From IMG/VR virus record IMGVR_UViG_3300005662_000036, positions 8,888 to 72,887 of that record: a stretch of DNA of 64,000 nucleotides; one strand, given 5' to 3'. Position numbers and translations under genes: made by a program. The notes under the pieces were generated by a model. That model was given only the letters and a program-made list of their open reading frames with translations. It did no database searches and was not told the DNA's origin. Position 1 is the first letter of the stretch; the number at the start of each line of letters is the position of its first letter. Origin of the DNA: a virus. Its lineage: Duplodnaviria; Caudoviricetes. This document shows, in pieces, positions 19,184 to 28,793 of the stretch.

Positions 19184-20299
19184 ATGCCAGGTTTGTCTCA
19201 TTTATTACCCGCTAATGTTGAAGAAACAGACGGCTTTCCTACAGCTACTAATCAAAGTCTCAACATATCAGACGTACAAAGCTTACCAAATACGTTTGAT
19301 CAATTGACTGGAAAAAAAAAATATATAGACGTGCTTAAAACACATTCGTGGACTGCTTCTCCCATTGAAAAAATAATAGACGAGCTGCCTTATATTGTCT
19401 TACAAGAACAACGCAACAATGAAAGTGCGGTTTGGAGAGCTGTAGAATTTTATGTTGGACAAAGCATATCAACAGCAGCAACAGGAACCGCGGATACGGG
19501 TGGTAGTATAGTAAATACTGTTCAATCTTGGTTTGGTGGCGGTGACGAAACAAACAGAAAAATCCCAACAAAAAACATTTTAGAAGTTTACGATTCAATG
19601 TTTCCTAATGTTCCAACTGGGTTGACGTTTAAACTTCCGTTCTTTACTAAACAATATGTTAATTTATCAACTCCCGAATGGAACGAAATGAAGGGCTTGA
19701 CGGAAGCTATTGGTGCGACAGCTTCTCTTGCATCTAATTTATTAACTAATCCTTTAATAGCACTTAGATATCCAAAAGCTCAAGTTGTTGGATGGGGGAT
19801 TAAGGCTTTGCAAGAAGCTGGAGGGTTGTTTACAGGAGCAGGAAAAACTGCTTTAAAATCCGTATATCCGGTTGTTGGAATAAAAGATAGACCTCGATAT
19901 TTTTCTCATCATGGAAATAGAACAATTACAATTGAGTTTCCTCTTTATAATACACTTAATTCTTCTGATTGGGAAAAAAATAAAACTTTGATTGATATTT
20001 TTTTATCTCAAAACCTTTATTCGAAACGGGATTATATAACAGGCACTCCACCTTGTTATTATAGAGTGCATGCTCCAGGACAATATTTTTGCTATGCAGC
20101 TAGCTTAGCTAGTCTTCAAGTTAAAAATTTAGGCAACGTACGACTAATGGAAACTACAGATGGTAAAAGAGTTCCAGTTCCTGATGCTTACCAAGTTTCT
20201 ATTATGTTAAATGAGATGGTCATGCCTTCTCTAAATCAACATCAAGCTTTGTTTACAGGAGATGCTGAGTCTGCTATTGATTCGACTTTGAAATTTTAA
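19184..20299 (+). CDS. baseplate tail-tube cap, gp48-like (paralog 1)
   Basis: 'RTITIEFPLYNT', 'PPCYYRV...FCYAASL', 'PDAYQVSIMLNEM'. Confidence 0.6.
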   Translation: MPGLSHLLPANVEETDGFPTATNQSLNISDVQSLPNTFDQLTGKKKYIDVLKTHSWTASPIEKIIDELPYIVLQEQRNNESAVWRAVEFYVGQSISTAATGTADTGGSIVNTVQSWFGGGDETNRKIPTKNILEVYDSMFPNVPTGLTFKLPFFTKQYVNLSTPEWNEMKGLTEAIGATASLASNLLTNPLIALRYPKAQVVGWGIKALQEAGGLFTGAGKTALKSVYPVVGIKDRPRYFSHHGNRTITIEFPLYNTLNSSDWEKNKTLIDIFLSQNLYSKRDYITGTPPCYYRVHAPGQYFCYAASLASLQVKNLGNVRLMETTDGKRVPVPDAYQVSIMLNEMVMPSLNQHQALFTGDAESAIDSTLKF

Positions 20300-20312
20300 T
20301 TAATCACGACTT

Positions 20313-21419
20313 ATGTTACCTATTATTTCAATTTCATCTGTTCCAGAAGCTACTACAAAAACAGTAAGCGAGAGATTAACTGAGCTCTACGATTCGACGT
20401 TGAGTCCTACTCTTGATCCTAAAGATTTAGGCAGCTTACCTTATAGCTTTGATAAGAGAGATAATTCGCAAGAAATAGTTAATATACTCCAAAATTATCC
20501 TTGGACTGTTACAAACGACAGAACCGACATTCCTTTTATAGTATTAAAAGAACATAGAAACACATCTTCAACTCTCGCAAGAATGTCTCAGTTTTATGGA
20601 TACGGCTCGCAATTGTGGGAGTCAACATCTGGATTTGTAGAAGACGCTGCATCTAAAATAGGACAAGCTGCTGGCATTGCTGATACTCCTTCAAACGTAT
20701 CAGCAAACATACTTGAAACGTACGAAGAGATTTTTCCAAACTGTCCCACAGGATATCGATATATTTTTCCGTATTTTCCTGATATGTATGTAGAACTCAA
20801 CACTCCTGAATGGAATAGACCAAATAAATTCAGTCAAAGTGTAAGGGAAGGAGCAACAACAATTGGAAGCTTAGCCTCACGTCGAGGTCAAAACAAGACT
20901 GGAGATCCAAATTTTCATAGTAGTTTAGAATTACTAGCTCCCGCATTTGATGCTATAACAGGATTAGGAACAGCGGCTCATCACGCATTTTACCCCGTTG
21001 CTGGCATTCAAGATACTCCTAGAATTTTTACTCAACATTCTTTGAGAACAATTACTATACAATTTCCATTGTACAATACTTTAAATGAAACACATTGGGA
21101 AATAAACAAAAAATTTATTGATGTATTTTTAATGCAAAATTTATTTGCTAAAAGAAATTTTATTACAGGATCTCCACCTTGTTATTATAGAGTACATGCT
21201 CCAGGACAATATTTTTGCTACGCAGCTAGTGTTGCTGAAATAGATGTAAAAAATTTGGGAAATATAAGAATGCTGGAAGACAAAAAAGGAATAAAATGTG
21301 CAATACCAGATGCATATCAAGTAAGTATTACATTAAATGAAATGGTAATGCCTTCGCTCAATCAGCAAAAAGCAATAATAAAAGAAGCAGAAGAATTAGT
21401 AGAAACAAGCTTTAAATAA
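20313..21419 (+). CDS. baseplate tail-tube cap, gp48-like (paralog 2)
   Basis: Same motifs as the upstream paralog; C-terminal halves clearly homologous. Confidence 0.6.
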   Translation: MLPIISISSVPEATTKTVSERLTELYDSTLSPTLDPKDLGSLPYSFDKRDNSQEIVNILQNYPWTVTNDRTDIPFIVLKEHRNTSSTLARMSQFYGYGSQLWESTSGFVEDAASKIGQAAGIADTPSNVSANILETYEEIFPNCPTGYRYIFPYFPDMYVELNTPEWNRPNKFSQSVREGATTIGSLASRRGQNKTGDPNFHSSLELLAPAFDAITGLGTAAHHAFYPVAGIQDTPRIFTQHSLRTITIQFPLYNTLNETHWEINKKFIDVFLMQNLFAKRNFITGSPPCYYRVHAPGQYFCYAASVAEIDVKNLGNIRMLEDKKGIKCAIPDAYQVSITLNEMVMPSLNQQKAIIKEAEELVETSFK

Positions 21420-21423
21420 TATA

Positions 21424-21771
21424 ATGAAGCAAAACCAAATAAACGATTTGCCTAATTTGGCACCAGAAAATTTTGAAAATATTTTCACGGTGCACTCAGA
21501 TCATGATGGTAAATATTTTTATAATTTGCTGCAAACTATTATTTTTCCACAAAACTTGCCAATTACTATGTTCGATATATATACGATTTCTCACGGAGAT
21601 ACTTGGCCGTTTATTTCATATAAAGTATATAAAACAACAAACTTGTGGTGGGTTATTTTATTAGCCAATAAAATAATAAATCCTACATTAAAACCTTCTC
21701 CTGGAAAAAATTTAGCCATTCCTAAAACGAGCGTTGTTAGAGAGATTTTATCTCAAATGGAAAAAACGTAA
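21424..21771 (+). CDS. gp53: baseplate wedge protein gp53-like (LysM-like)
   Basis: 'YTISHGDTWPFISYKVYKTTNLWWVILLANKIINP'. Confidence 0.85.
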   Translation: MKQNQINDLPNLAPENFENIFTVHSDHDGKYFYNLLQTIIFPQNLPITMFDIYTISHGDTWPFISYKVYKTTNLWWVILLANKIINPTLKPSPGKNLAIPKTSVVREILSQMEKT

Positions 21772-21772
21772 T

Positions 21773-23533
21773 ATGAATTTAGACGATTTGTTTTCTAATA
21801 TAAATGCAGTAACGGATGTTGGTGTTAGTCCACAAACTAACATGTTTAGCGATTTAAACTTAAAACAACAAAAGACAACAAACACCTTTGACTCAAATGT
21901 TATTTCACAACAAAAATACAACGAATTGTATCATGATGTTGAGTTATATTTAGACAACAGTGGCACTTTTGATGCAAGTGAAAAAACAAGATATCATATT
22001 AATCCTGCAGCAGTACTAAACCTTACAATTATAGATTCTTTTGCGAATTGGGTAAACGAAGGCAGCATGACTTTTTTATATTTACCTGATGAAGCTCCAC
22101 CAAGCTCATATGGAGGTCAAACATCAAACGCTCAACTTAAAGCTGCAAAACAGAACGCTTCTCTGCTCAAAGCTTATCAGTTTAGAGGAGATGGGTTCGA
22201 CTTGCTTAAAATCAAGATAGTTCCTTCTACTCAAAAAGAAAGTCCTCTGAACACATCTTTAAATATAAATCCTAATGATCCGAATTGGATTTTGACTTTT
22301 TTATTTTCAGTCTATGATATAGAGGATTTAGGTGAAGTTCCTGACATTGAAGGGTTACCGTCAACATATTTAAAATGCTTTAAACTATACTTTAGAGACA
22401 TTAGACATCATTTGCTAAACACAGTAAATCTACAATATTCTACTGCTTTGTCGAAAAGATACAGACCTAACTTTTTTTCTGGGTTGGCTAACGAAGGTGT
22501 ATTAAAAGTCGGAGACGCTATGCTAGACGTTTATAATAGTGCAATTGAAAAGTTTGGTCTGGGTGCCACTCTAGAGTTTGGGTATCCTTCAAAATCTAGC
22601 TCAAAATGGGATAAAGGAGGAAATAGTATATTTTATACTTCTCCTGCAACCTTTAGTGCGCTCGAAGATTTGGAATATTTATATGCACATCACGTAAGTG
22701 CTACTTTTATCGAAAACACTAAAATAAATGATTTTTGCGTGCTACATACTGAGAGAAACAAAACTCCTGGGTTGTTCGATGAGCTGTGTTTAACGCCTCT
22801 AAGTGAGTTTTTCAGCAAAGCTGGAAGCAGTTCTCCAGGAGAGCTACAGTTAGAACACTTTTTTGTTACTACATTTGCAACAGAGAAGAGTACAATATCT
22901 AATAGCTATAAAGCACCAATAGCTCAAGGAGACAAGGTAGATTTAAAAACAACCAAATACGGACAAATATTATCTTACAGTTTTGTTGATATGTCACCTG
23001 AAATGAACAACAATTTGTTTATTACAACTCCTGTGTGTTCTGTTGATATAGCAAACAGAGTGTTTTCTACTCAATTCACAAACAATACCGTACAGGCAGC
23101 AAAAAAAGTAATAAGCAACTCATATATTTCGAAGTTGATGCACAGAGGAGGCAATCCCGAAAAATTATTTTTACCTACTTTGCACTCAACAAAAAAAAGC
23201 ATAAATGTTTTTCCTACTTTTAGTTTAAACGGAGATAGTAAAATTACAAGACAAAGAAATGGAATACATCAATTAATATACACCGGTCTTTTTCAAAATG
23301 CCGGTATTTGTTTTACAGTGTTAGGTTTAACATTAAGACAAGCAGGAACATTTATAGCGATTGATCGTTTGCGTGGAAGCAAAGATAGTGATTATAATAA
23401 TAAACTTTACGGCCAGTGGTTTGTTTTAAAAGTTGAACACGCATTTGAAGGAGGTAATTATATTAATAGAATTTACGCTGTTAAAACGCATAGATATAAA
23501 GAATTATCCATAAAATTTCCAGAAACAATATAA
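21773..23533 (+). CDS. baseplate hub protein, gp27/gpD-like
   Basis: C-terminal 'GTFIAID...YGQWFVLKVEHAF...Y...AVK' typical of hub proteins; follows gp53. Confidence 0.65.
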   Translation: MNLDDLFSNINAVTDVGVSPQTNMFSDLNLKQQKTTNTFDSNVISQQKYNELYHDVELYLDNSGTFDASEKTRYHINPAAVLNLTIIDSFANWVNEGSMTFLYLPDEAPPSSYGGQTSNAQLKAAKQNASLLKAYQFRGDGFDLLKIKIVPSTQKESPLNTSLNINPNDPNWILTFLFSVYDIEDLGEVPDIEGLPSTYLKCFKLYFRDIRHHLLNTVNLQYSTALSKRYRPNFFSGLANEGVLKVGDAMLDVYNSAIEKFGLGATLEFGYPSKSSSKWDKGGNSIFYTSPATFSALEDLEYLYAHHVSATFIENTKINDFCVLHTERNKTPGLFDELCLTPLSEFFSKAGSSSPGELQLEHFFVTTFATEKSTISNSYKAPIAQGDKVDLKTTKYGQILSYSFVDMSPEMNNNLFITTPVCSVDIANRVFSTQFTNNTVQAAKKVISNSYISKLMHRGGNPEKLFLPTLHSTKKSINVFPTFSLNGDSKITRQRNGIHQLIYTGLFQNAGICFTVLGLTLRQAGTFIAIDRLRGSKDSDYNNKLYGQWFVLKVEHAFEGGNYINRIYAVKTHRYKELSIKFPETI

Positions 23534-23541
23534 GTAAATAT

Positions 23542-23805
23542 ATGAAACAAATTAAAGTGCTCAACGAAAATGGAAAATTCGTAGGTTATATTGTTGAAAA
23601 CGACGAAGTTGTGTTCACAACTGAGCCACAAAATAGCCCAAACGAAGCTTCTCAACTATTAACTCAACATATTAGAGGTTCATCTGCCACTCCGAATTTT
23701 ATACCAGGAGAAAGACCTTTACCAAAACCAGCACCTGCAACAGAAGTTGCACCTACTATTGCTCAGCCAGCACCTAGACGCTGTGGAGCATGCGGAGGAA
23801 GATAA
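23542..23805 (+). CDS. hypothetical protein (Pro-rich, C-terminal CGAC)
   Basis: 87 aa, ends RRCGACGGR; TAAGTA 11 nt upstream. Confidence 0.65.
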   Translation: MKQIKVLNENGKFVGYIVENDEVVFTTEPQNSPNEASQLLTQHIRGSSATPNFIPGERPLPKPAPATEVAPTIAQPAPRRCGACGGR

Positions 23806-23806
23806 A

Positions 23807-24730
23807 TCAAATAACTTTTGATAAGTTAATCAAAGTTGCAAAGGCATTTATTTCTTTGTCGACTACAAAGGCATCCATTTCCATGCCTTTAGAAATGATT
23901 AACATGCATTCGGTTTTCTTTTCGCTTGATAAATTAGATTCGTAAACTATTTCGAAAAGTTGTTTGAGGAGATTTCTATAGTCACTTGAAAATTCTTTTT
24001 CGTTTTCAATAATTTCTTTTCTTAAACTTGTTAGGTTGCATTTTTCGTTTAAGCGTTTAAAAATGATTGAAACGAACCCAAAACATTCTTCAGATTTGAT
24101 GACTAGTTTACCTGTTACTGAAAATTTTTGAATATCATTTATAATTCTTCTGACATCCGGTAAATTTTTTTTAATATGATTAAGCAAAAGAAATTTTTGA
24201 TTTTCCTCGATTGTGATATTTTCTTTGTTTAATATCTCTTTAATTCGATAAACAACGCCTTCGATAGGAGGAGTTAAATTAAAAATTTGTGTTCTACTTT
24301 GTAGAGCAGGAATAATTTTAAACAAATAATTGCACGTAATAATAAACCGAGTGTTTTGAGAAAATTCTTCAATAATGTTTCTTAAAGCTTTTTGTGCATC
24401 TAAAGAAATTTGATCTCCCTCGTCAAGCAAAACTACTTTTAATTTACCATCAAGTGCTTTAGTTTTAGCAAATCCAGCAATTTTTCCTCTAATTGTATCT
24501 ATGCCATTTTCATCTGATGCATTGAGATAAAGATATTGGCAATCTAAAATATCATTTACAATAATTTTAGCAAGACTAGTTTTACCAGAACCTTGAATTC
24601 CAGAAAATAAAAGATGAGGGATTTCTTGCTTTTTCTTTATATTTTCAAAAAAAGCTCTATCATCATCAGATAATACTATTTCCTGTAAAGTTAGTGGTCT
24701 GTACTTTTCAACAAGTAAATTATTAAACAT
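23807..24730 (-). CDS. gp44: sliding-clamp loader AAA+ subunit (RFC small subunit-like)
   Basis: 'EKYRP', Walker A 'GIQGSGKTS', 'NASDENGID', Walker B 'LLDEGD', 'ALQSRT'. Confidence 0.95.
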   Translation of the reverse strand: MFNNLLVEKYRPLTLQEIVLSDDDRAFFENIKKKQEIPHLLFSGIQGSGKTSLAKIIVNDILDCQYLYLNASDENGIDTIRGKIAGFAKTKALDGKLKVVLLDEGDQISLDAQKALRNIIEEFSQNTRFIITCNYLFKIIPALQSRTQIFNLTPPIEGVVYRIKEILNKENITIEENQKFLLLNHIKKNLPDVRRIINDIQKFSVTGKLVIKSEECFGFVSIIFKRLNEKCNLTSLRKEIIENEKEFSSDYRNLLKQLFEIVYESNLSSEKKTECMLIISKGMEMDAFVVDKEINAFATLINLSKVI

Positions 24731-24758
24731 TATAATATGTTTTATTAATCAATGCAAC

Positions 24759-25280
24759 TCAGTTATATTTTTTATCATGCTGCTTGTGATTTCCGTAATC
24801 TCCGTCATATTTAGTCAGCATTTCTGCATCAAATAACAAAAATTGTCCAACTCTTGTTCCTTTTTTAATTCTAGCTAAACCAACATTTACATGCAAACAT
24901 CCAGCCATAACTCCACCAACGCATTCGTTTGTTTTAGTATCGATTCCATAAAAGCTGTCATAGTTTCCTGAAGTAAGAAAGCAACCTGCTCTATTTAAAG
25001 TGCTACGGACAATTACCCAACCAGCTTCATTCTCTCCAATACTGACTTGGTTGAGCATTGTTACTTCATAACTGCCTGGAGTTAAATTAAAATAACCTTC
25101 TTGATCTGGCGTAATTTCTTTAGTTTCTCTGTGTTTTTTATGTTCGTCGGAAATTTCAAATGTTGTAGGTAAGATTTCGAATACTTTATCTAATCTAAGA
25201 TCAACAGCATTTGGCTGGCAATCTCCTTCAAGAACGTTCGTTAGCTTGCTTCTAGAATTTGAGCCTAATATATGTTTCAT
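24759..25280 (-). CDS. trimeric dUTPase/dCTP deaminase family protein
   Basis: 'QPNAVDLRL', 'RSTLNRAG', 'GTRVGQF', C-terminal 'YDGDY'. Confidence 0.85.
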   Translation of the reverse strand: MKHILGSNSRSKLTNVLEGDCQPNAVDLRLDKVFEILPTTFEISDEHKKHRETKEITPDQEGYFNLTPGSYEVTMLNQVSIGENEAGWVIVRSTLNRAGCFLTSGNYDSFYGIDTKTNECVGGVMAGCLHVNVGLARIKKGTRVGQFLLFDAEMLTKYDGDYGNHKQHDKKYN

Positions 25281-25288
25281 GAAGTCAA

Positions 25289-25459
25289 TTATTCTGTTTC
25301 AGTAATCAAATAAACAGGCTCTCCTCCGTCTTTTGTATGCTCTTTGATGAATGTTGGAGCATGAGCTACTTTCATTGCATTTGCTTCTAGCCATTGAATA
25401 AGAGCAGGTTCTCTGTCGGCAGGCACGACGTAATTTCCGTTTGTGGTATTAATAATCAT
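25289..25459 (-). CDS. small hypothetical protein (56 aa; not in the supplied track)
   Basis: Hand-translated MIINTTNGNYVVPADREPALIQWLEANAMKVAHAPTFIKEHTKDGGEPVYLITETE*; ends 9 nt before the dUTPase-family start. Confidence 0.65.
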   Translation of the reverse strand: MIINTTNGNYVVPADREPALIQWLEANAMKVAHAPTFIKEHTKDGGEPVYLITETE

Positions 25460-25513
25460 GTAAAAAAGTTTACTTTGTTTTCTAATACAATCAACTGTGA
25501 TAAATAGATAAAA

Positions 25514-25987
25514 ATGGACGAAGATATTTCTACACTTTTAGATGAAATTACAGGATTTTCTGTTCCCACGTCTTATACTCAAAAATCTTCTTCTGAGGAG
25601 ACCGTGTTAAATAAAGAAGATGCTGCACAATATTTTCTTAATAAAACAAAGGCTATTATTGATGCTGGAGTGGGTGCAATACAAGATTTAACGTGTTCAG
25701 TTGTACAAGGAGGCGATTCAAGAGAAGTAGATGCATTATCAAAACTTTTGCAATCTACTGCTGGAGCATTAGATGTCCTCAACAGAGGGTCTCTTATCGA
25801 TAAAAAGGCGGACAGAGACGAACAGTTAGAAAAAATCAAAATAGAAGCAAAAAAAGAAATAGCACAACTAAAAGGTCCAAATCAAAAGCACATAACAAAT
25901 AATGTTTTAGTAGCTTCAAGAGAAGATATTATGAAAAAAATAGCTAAAGGACAGACGGAAGAAATTTTCAAACTGCAAGATAAATAA
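25514..25987 (+). CDS. gp16: terminase small subunit, gp16-like
   Basis: 'IIDAGVGAIQDL...DSREVDALSKLL' and 'GP...ITNNVLVASREDIMK' parallel T4-type gp16 motifs. Confidence 0.65.
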   Translation: MDEDISTLLDEITGFSVPTSYTQKSSSEETVLNKEDAAQYFLNKTKAIIDAGVGAIQDLTCSVVQGGDSREVDALSKLLQSTAGALDVLNRGSLIDKKADRDEQLEKIKIEAKKEIAQLKGPNQKHITNNVLVASREDIMKKIAKGQTEEIFKLQDK

Positions 25988-25992
25988 TACTC

Positions 25993-28254
25993 ATGCCCAG
26001 TCCCGTCGATTTAAATAATGTCTCATCAATTCCAGGAGAAGAGTGTATTGGAGATTCGAGAGAGCGCATTAATTATAACATTGATCTGCTTAAACAAGCC
26101 ATTGAAAATATAAATGGATCATTGGTAGTTTCTGGTGGCGGAGCTATTGGAGGTGGCGTTGCGACATCAACGTGTTGTGTGGATTTAGAAGCTAAGCTTT
26201 TAACGTTGAGTGCAGATTTTACTAATATTTCTCAAGTAACGGCTTTATCGCTAATAACCGAATTGAGCTCTCAAACAGCCAGCTTAAGTTCAACTTTAAC
26301 ACATTTAGTTAGCTCTACTGCTTTTTATACAAGTAGCTTAGATATTGTTAATGTCGAAAATAATAGTGGAATTTCATTAAAAATAAGAAACGACGAGAAC
26401 ATTACAAGTTATCACATTGGAGCTGATAACTCCATAGAATATATAAAAACCGAGTCGCTAAAACCTATAAATTCTACGCTTATTTCAAATTATAACTTAC
26501 AAGATTTTTCTAATATCGATTTTTATAATTTTCCTTATACTCCGATTACTCCTCCGAGTGTCTCTTTTGAAGTTGTAGCCAAACAATCAACTAAACCGTC
26601 GTTAACGGTGTTTTGGATGTCTTCTGGTACGAATCCAACAACAGTGTTTGCTACTAATAGCTCTAGTAATATACAAACCCCAGGTCCGATTTCTCCAAAT
26701 TCTGAAGTAAACTGCATTCATATGTCTTCTGCTTCTACAGCTTATGTTGGTGGTGATTTTACAAAAATTTCAGGAAACACGAGAAATAGATTTGCTGTGT
26801 TGGACTTGTCGAATTCAGGAACAAATCCTTTAGGAGTTCCCTCGTTAATTCCTAGTACAACAAACCCAATTGGTCTTGCTGAAAGAAATTTTTTAAACAG
26901 CATTGCTTCTGCTGGGTTTAACGATACCGTTCGGTCTATATTAACATTCGACATTAATTCTAAAACTTATCTATGTATAGGTGGAGATTTTACGAACGTT
27001 CCTCCGTCAAATACAGCCCCCACTGTTTTTGGTCAAAAGCTAGCAATTTTTGATGTAACTGCAGATTATGATGCAAATTACGGATATGTGTTTGATGGAT
27101 CTATATATTCAATGTTATCTGCTGGATCATATCTTTATATATCTGGAGAGTTTAATGAAGGCAAAAGAACAGATAATTCTTCCCCTACGCCAATGTGCGG
27201 TTTAGCAAGAATAGACATGACTACTCTTGATATTGACTATGTTTTTAATGACAACATTTTAAGACCGGGGTTTGGTCTAACTAATGCTGGTAAAAACTAT
27301 CCGATTTATACATTAGCTTATAGCAATGATATATTGTATTGTGGAGGAAAACATACAGCTAAGCTAGAAGTAACTGGCTCTAATTGGACTCAATACTGTA
27401 TATCGGCTCATTATACTGTTGGTACATCGTGCGGCCAAGTTTGTGACGTTAGTTGGCAACCTTATTGTGATGGTCCTGTTACTCGGTTGCTTGTAGATGA
27501 AAATGCAAAAGTCTTATATGTTGGAGGAAAGTTCAACAACTATGAAAATAAGTTAGTGCCTTCCTCTCTTACTCAAAGACAAAATTTAATGGCTTTCGAC
27601 ATTACAATTGCTGATACTCCAATTTTGATAAATTCGTGGAATCCTATTTGTGATGATTCAGTTAATTGTTTAGCAATCCACGATCCCACAACTTCAACAA
27701 CACCTCTTTACGTTGGAGGCTCTTTTACAACAATAAATCAACAAAACAGTAAAAATATTGCAGCTATTACTAAAGCTAATTCAAGCGGAGGAATGGCAAA
27801 TTTAATGCCGGAATGGTCTCCGACTCCTAACTCTTCGTTTGAATGGTATCACAATCCAGGAATAATTAGAATTCCTTCAATTAACCCTTTAGTTGGTGTT
27901 GTTTTACACGGCTCCTTCACTTCTATACATGATCAAAGCAGATTGTATTTGAGTAGAGTAAATGGATATAATGAAACTCTAACTCAGCCAACCTCAGCCG
28001 TTTTTTGGTCTATTGCTGGGACAAATATTAATTCTGGATCTATTCTCAATGTGACGACTTCGTTCACTTCAATGTCTGGAGCTGCTCTTGGACCATGGCA
28101 AGTAAATGCAACAAAAGTAGAACTAGATAATTCTTCTTTACCTTGCGTAAATCGTGGAGATTTATGTAGATTTTTACTAAAGCGTCCTTGCACGAGAGAC
28201 ACACTTCTATCGCCGGTTTGGCTTTTAGGTGTATCGGTTGATTTTAATCATTAA
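25993..28254 (+). CDS. virion fibre/adhesin with repeated YVGGxF beta-propeller blades (paralog A)
   Basis: Repeated 'YVGGDFT/LYVGGKF/LYVGGSFT' blades; N-terminal 'ECIGDSRERINYN'. Confidence 0.65.
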   Translation: MPSPVDLNNVSSIPGEECIGDSRERINYNIDLLKQAIENINGSLVVSGGGAIGGGVATSTCCVDLEAKLLTLSADFTNISQVTALSLITELSSQTASLSSTLTHLVSSTAFYTSSLDIVNVENNSGISLKIRNDENITSYHIGADNSIEYIKTESLKPINSTLISNYNLQDFSNIDFYNFPYTPITPPSVSFEVVAKQSTKPSLTVFWMSSGTNPTTVFATNSSSNIQTPGPISPNSEVNCIHMSSASTAYVGGDFTKISGNTRNRFAVLDLSNSGTNPLGVPSLIPSTTNPIGLAERNFLNSIASAGFNDTVRSILTFDINSKTYLCIGGDFTNVPPSNTAPTVFGQKLAIFDVTADYDANYGYVFDGSIYSMLSAGSYLYISGEFNEGKRTDNSSPTPMCGLARIDMTTLDIDYVFNDNILRPGFGLTNAGKNYPIYTLAYSNDILYCGGKHTAKLEVTGSNWTQYCISAHYTVGTSCGQVCDVSWQPYCDGPVTRLLVDENAKVLYVGGKFNNYENKLVPSSLTQRQNLMAFDITIADTPILINSWNPICDDSVNCLAIHDPTTSTTPLYVGGSFTTINQQNSKNIAAITKANSSGGMANLMPEWSPTPNSSFEWYHNPGIIRIPSINPLVGVVLHGSFTSIHDQSRLYLSRVNGYNETLTQPTSAVFWSIAGTNINSGSILNVTTSFTSMSGAALGPWQVNATKVELDNSSLPCVNRGDLCRFLLKRPCTRDTLLSPVWLLGVSVDFNH

Positions 28255-28265
28255 GTAAACTGTAT

Positions 28266-28781
28266 ATGCCAGGTATTAAAATTTCATCCTTAACTCAAAC
28301 AAATTTAGCAATAGGTGATGTTATTCCAGCAGCAAGAAGTGGGTTCACCATAGGAGTTCCAGCATCATTTTTTTATGATTGGTTTGCAGCGTTAACTGCT
28401 CAAATACAAACACTGTCTACAGCTCCATTTACAGCAAACGATAGTGATACGATACTTTTGAATTATAACTCGTTTTCAAGAACGCTGTCAGCAGAGCTTG
28501 CAAACGATTTAGATTTACGCACAAAAACTGTCCAATTGCCAGAATCAGTCGAAATACCTCCTGGATCTTTAATGTTGTTTGCTGACAACGCAGTTCCTGA
28601 CGGATGGCTGCTGTGTGATGGTGGCTCAGTTGTTCCAAGTGGATTTTCAACCGTACAAGGAAAAACTGCAGATTTTACTCGGTTGCATAATGTTTTAGGC
28701 ACACGATATGGATTAATAGCAGGAACGCTACCAAATTTTCAATCTGTGTTTAATGGGTTAGACTACTGCATTAAATATTAA
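28266..28781 (+). CDS. tail collar domain protein
   Basis: 'IPPGSLMLFADNAVPDGWLLCDG...LHNVLGTRYG...LPNF'. Confidence 0.8.
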   Translation: MPGIKISSLTQTNLAIGDVIPAARSGFTIGVPASFFYDWFAALTAQIQTLSTAPFTANDSDTILLNYNSFSRTLSAELANDLDLRTKTVQLPESVEIPPGSLMLFADNAVPDGWLLCDGGSVVPSGFSTVQGKTADFTRLHNVLGTRYGLIAGTLPNFQSVFNGLDYCIKY

Positions 28782-28793
28782 TTATACAACACT

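Noticed and set aside
24729-24756. TTGCAT-N16-TATAAT upstream of gp44
   Set aside because: The putative -10 overlaps the start codon itself, so it cannot drive this gene as annotated
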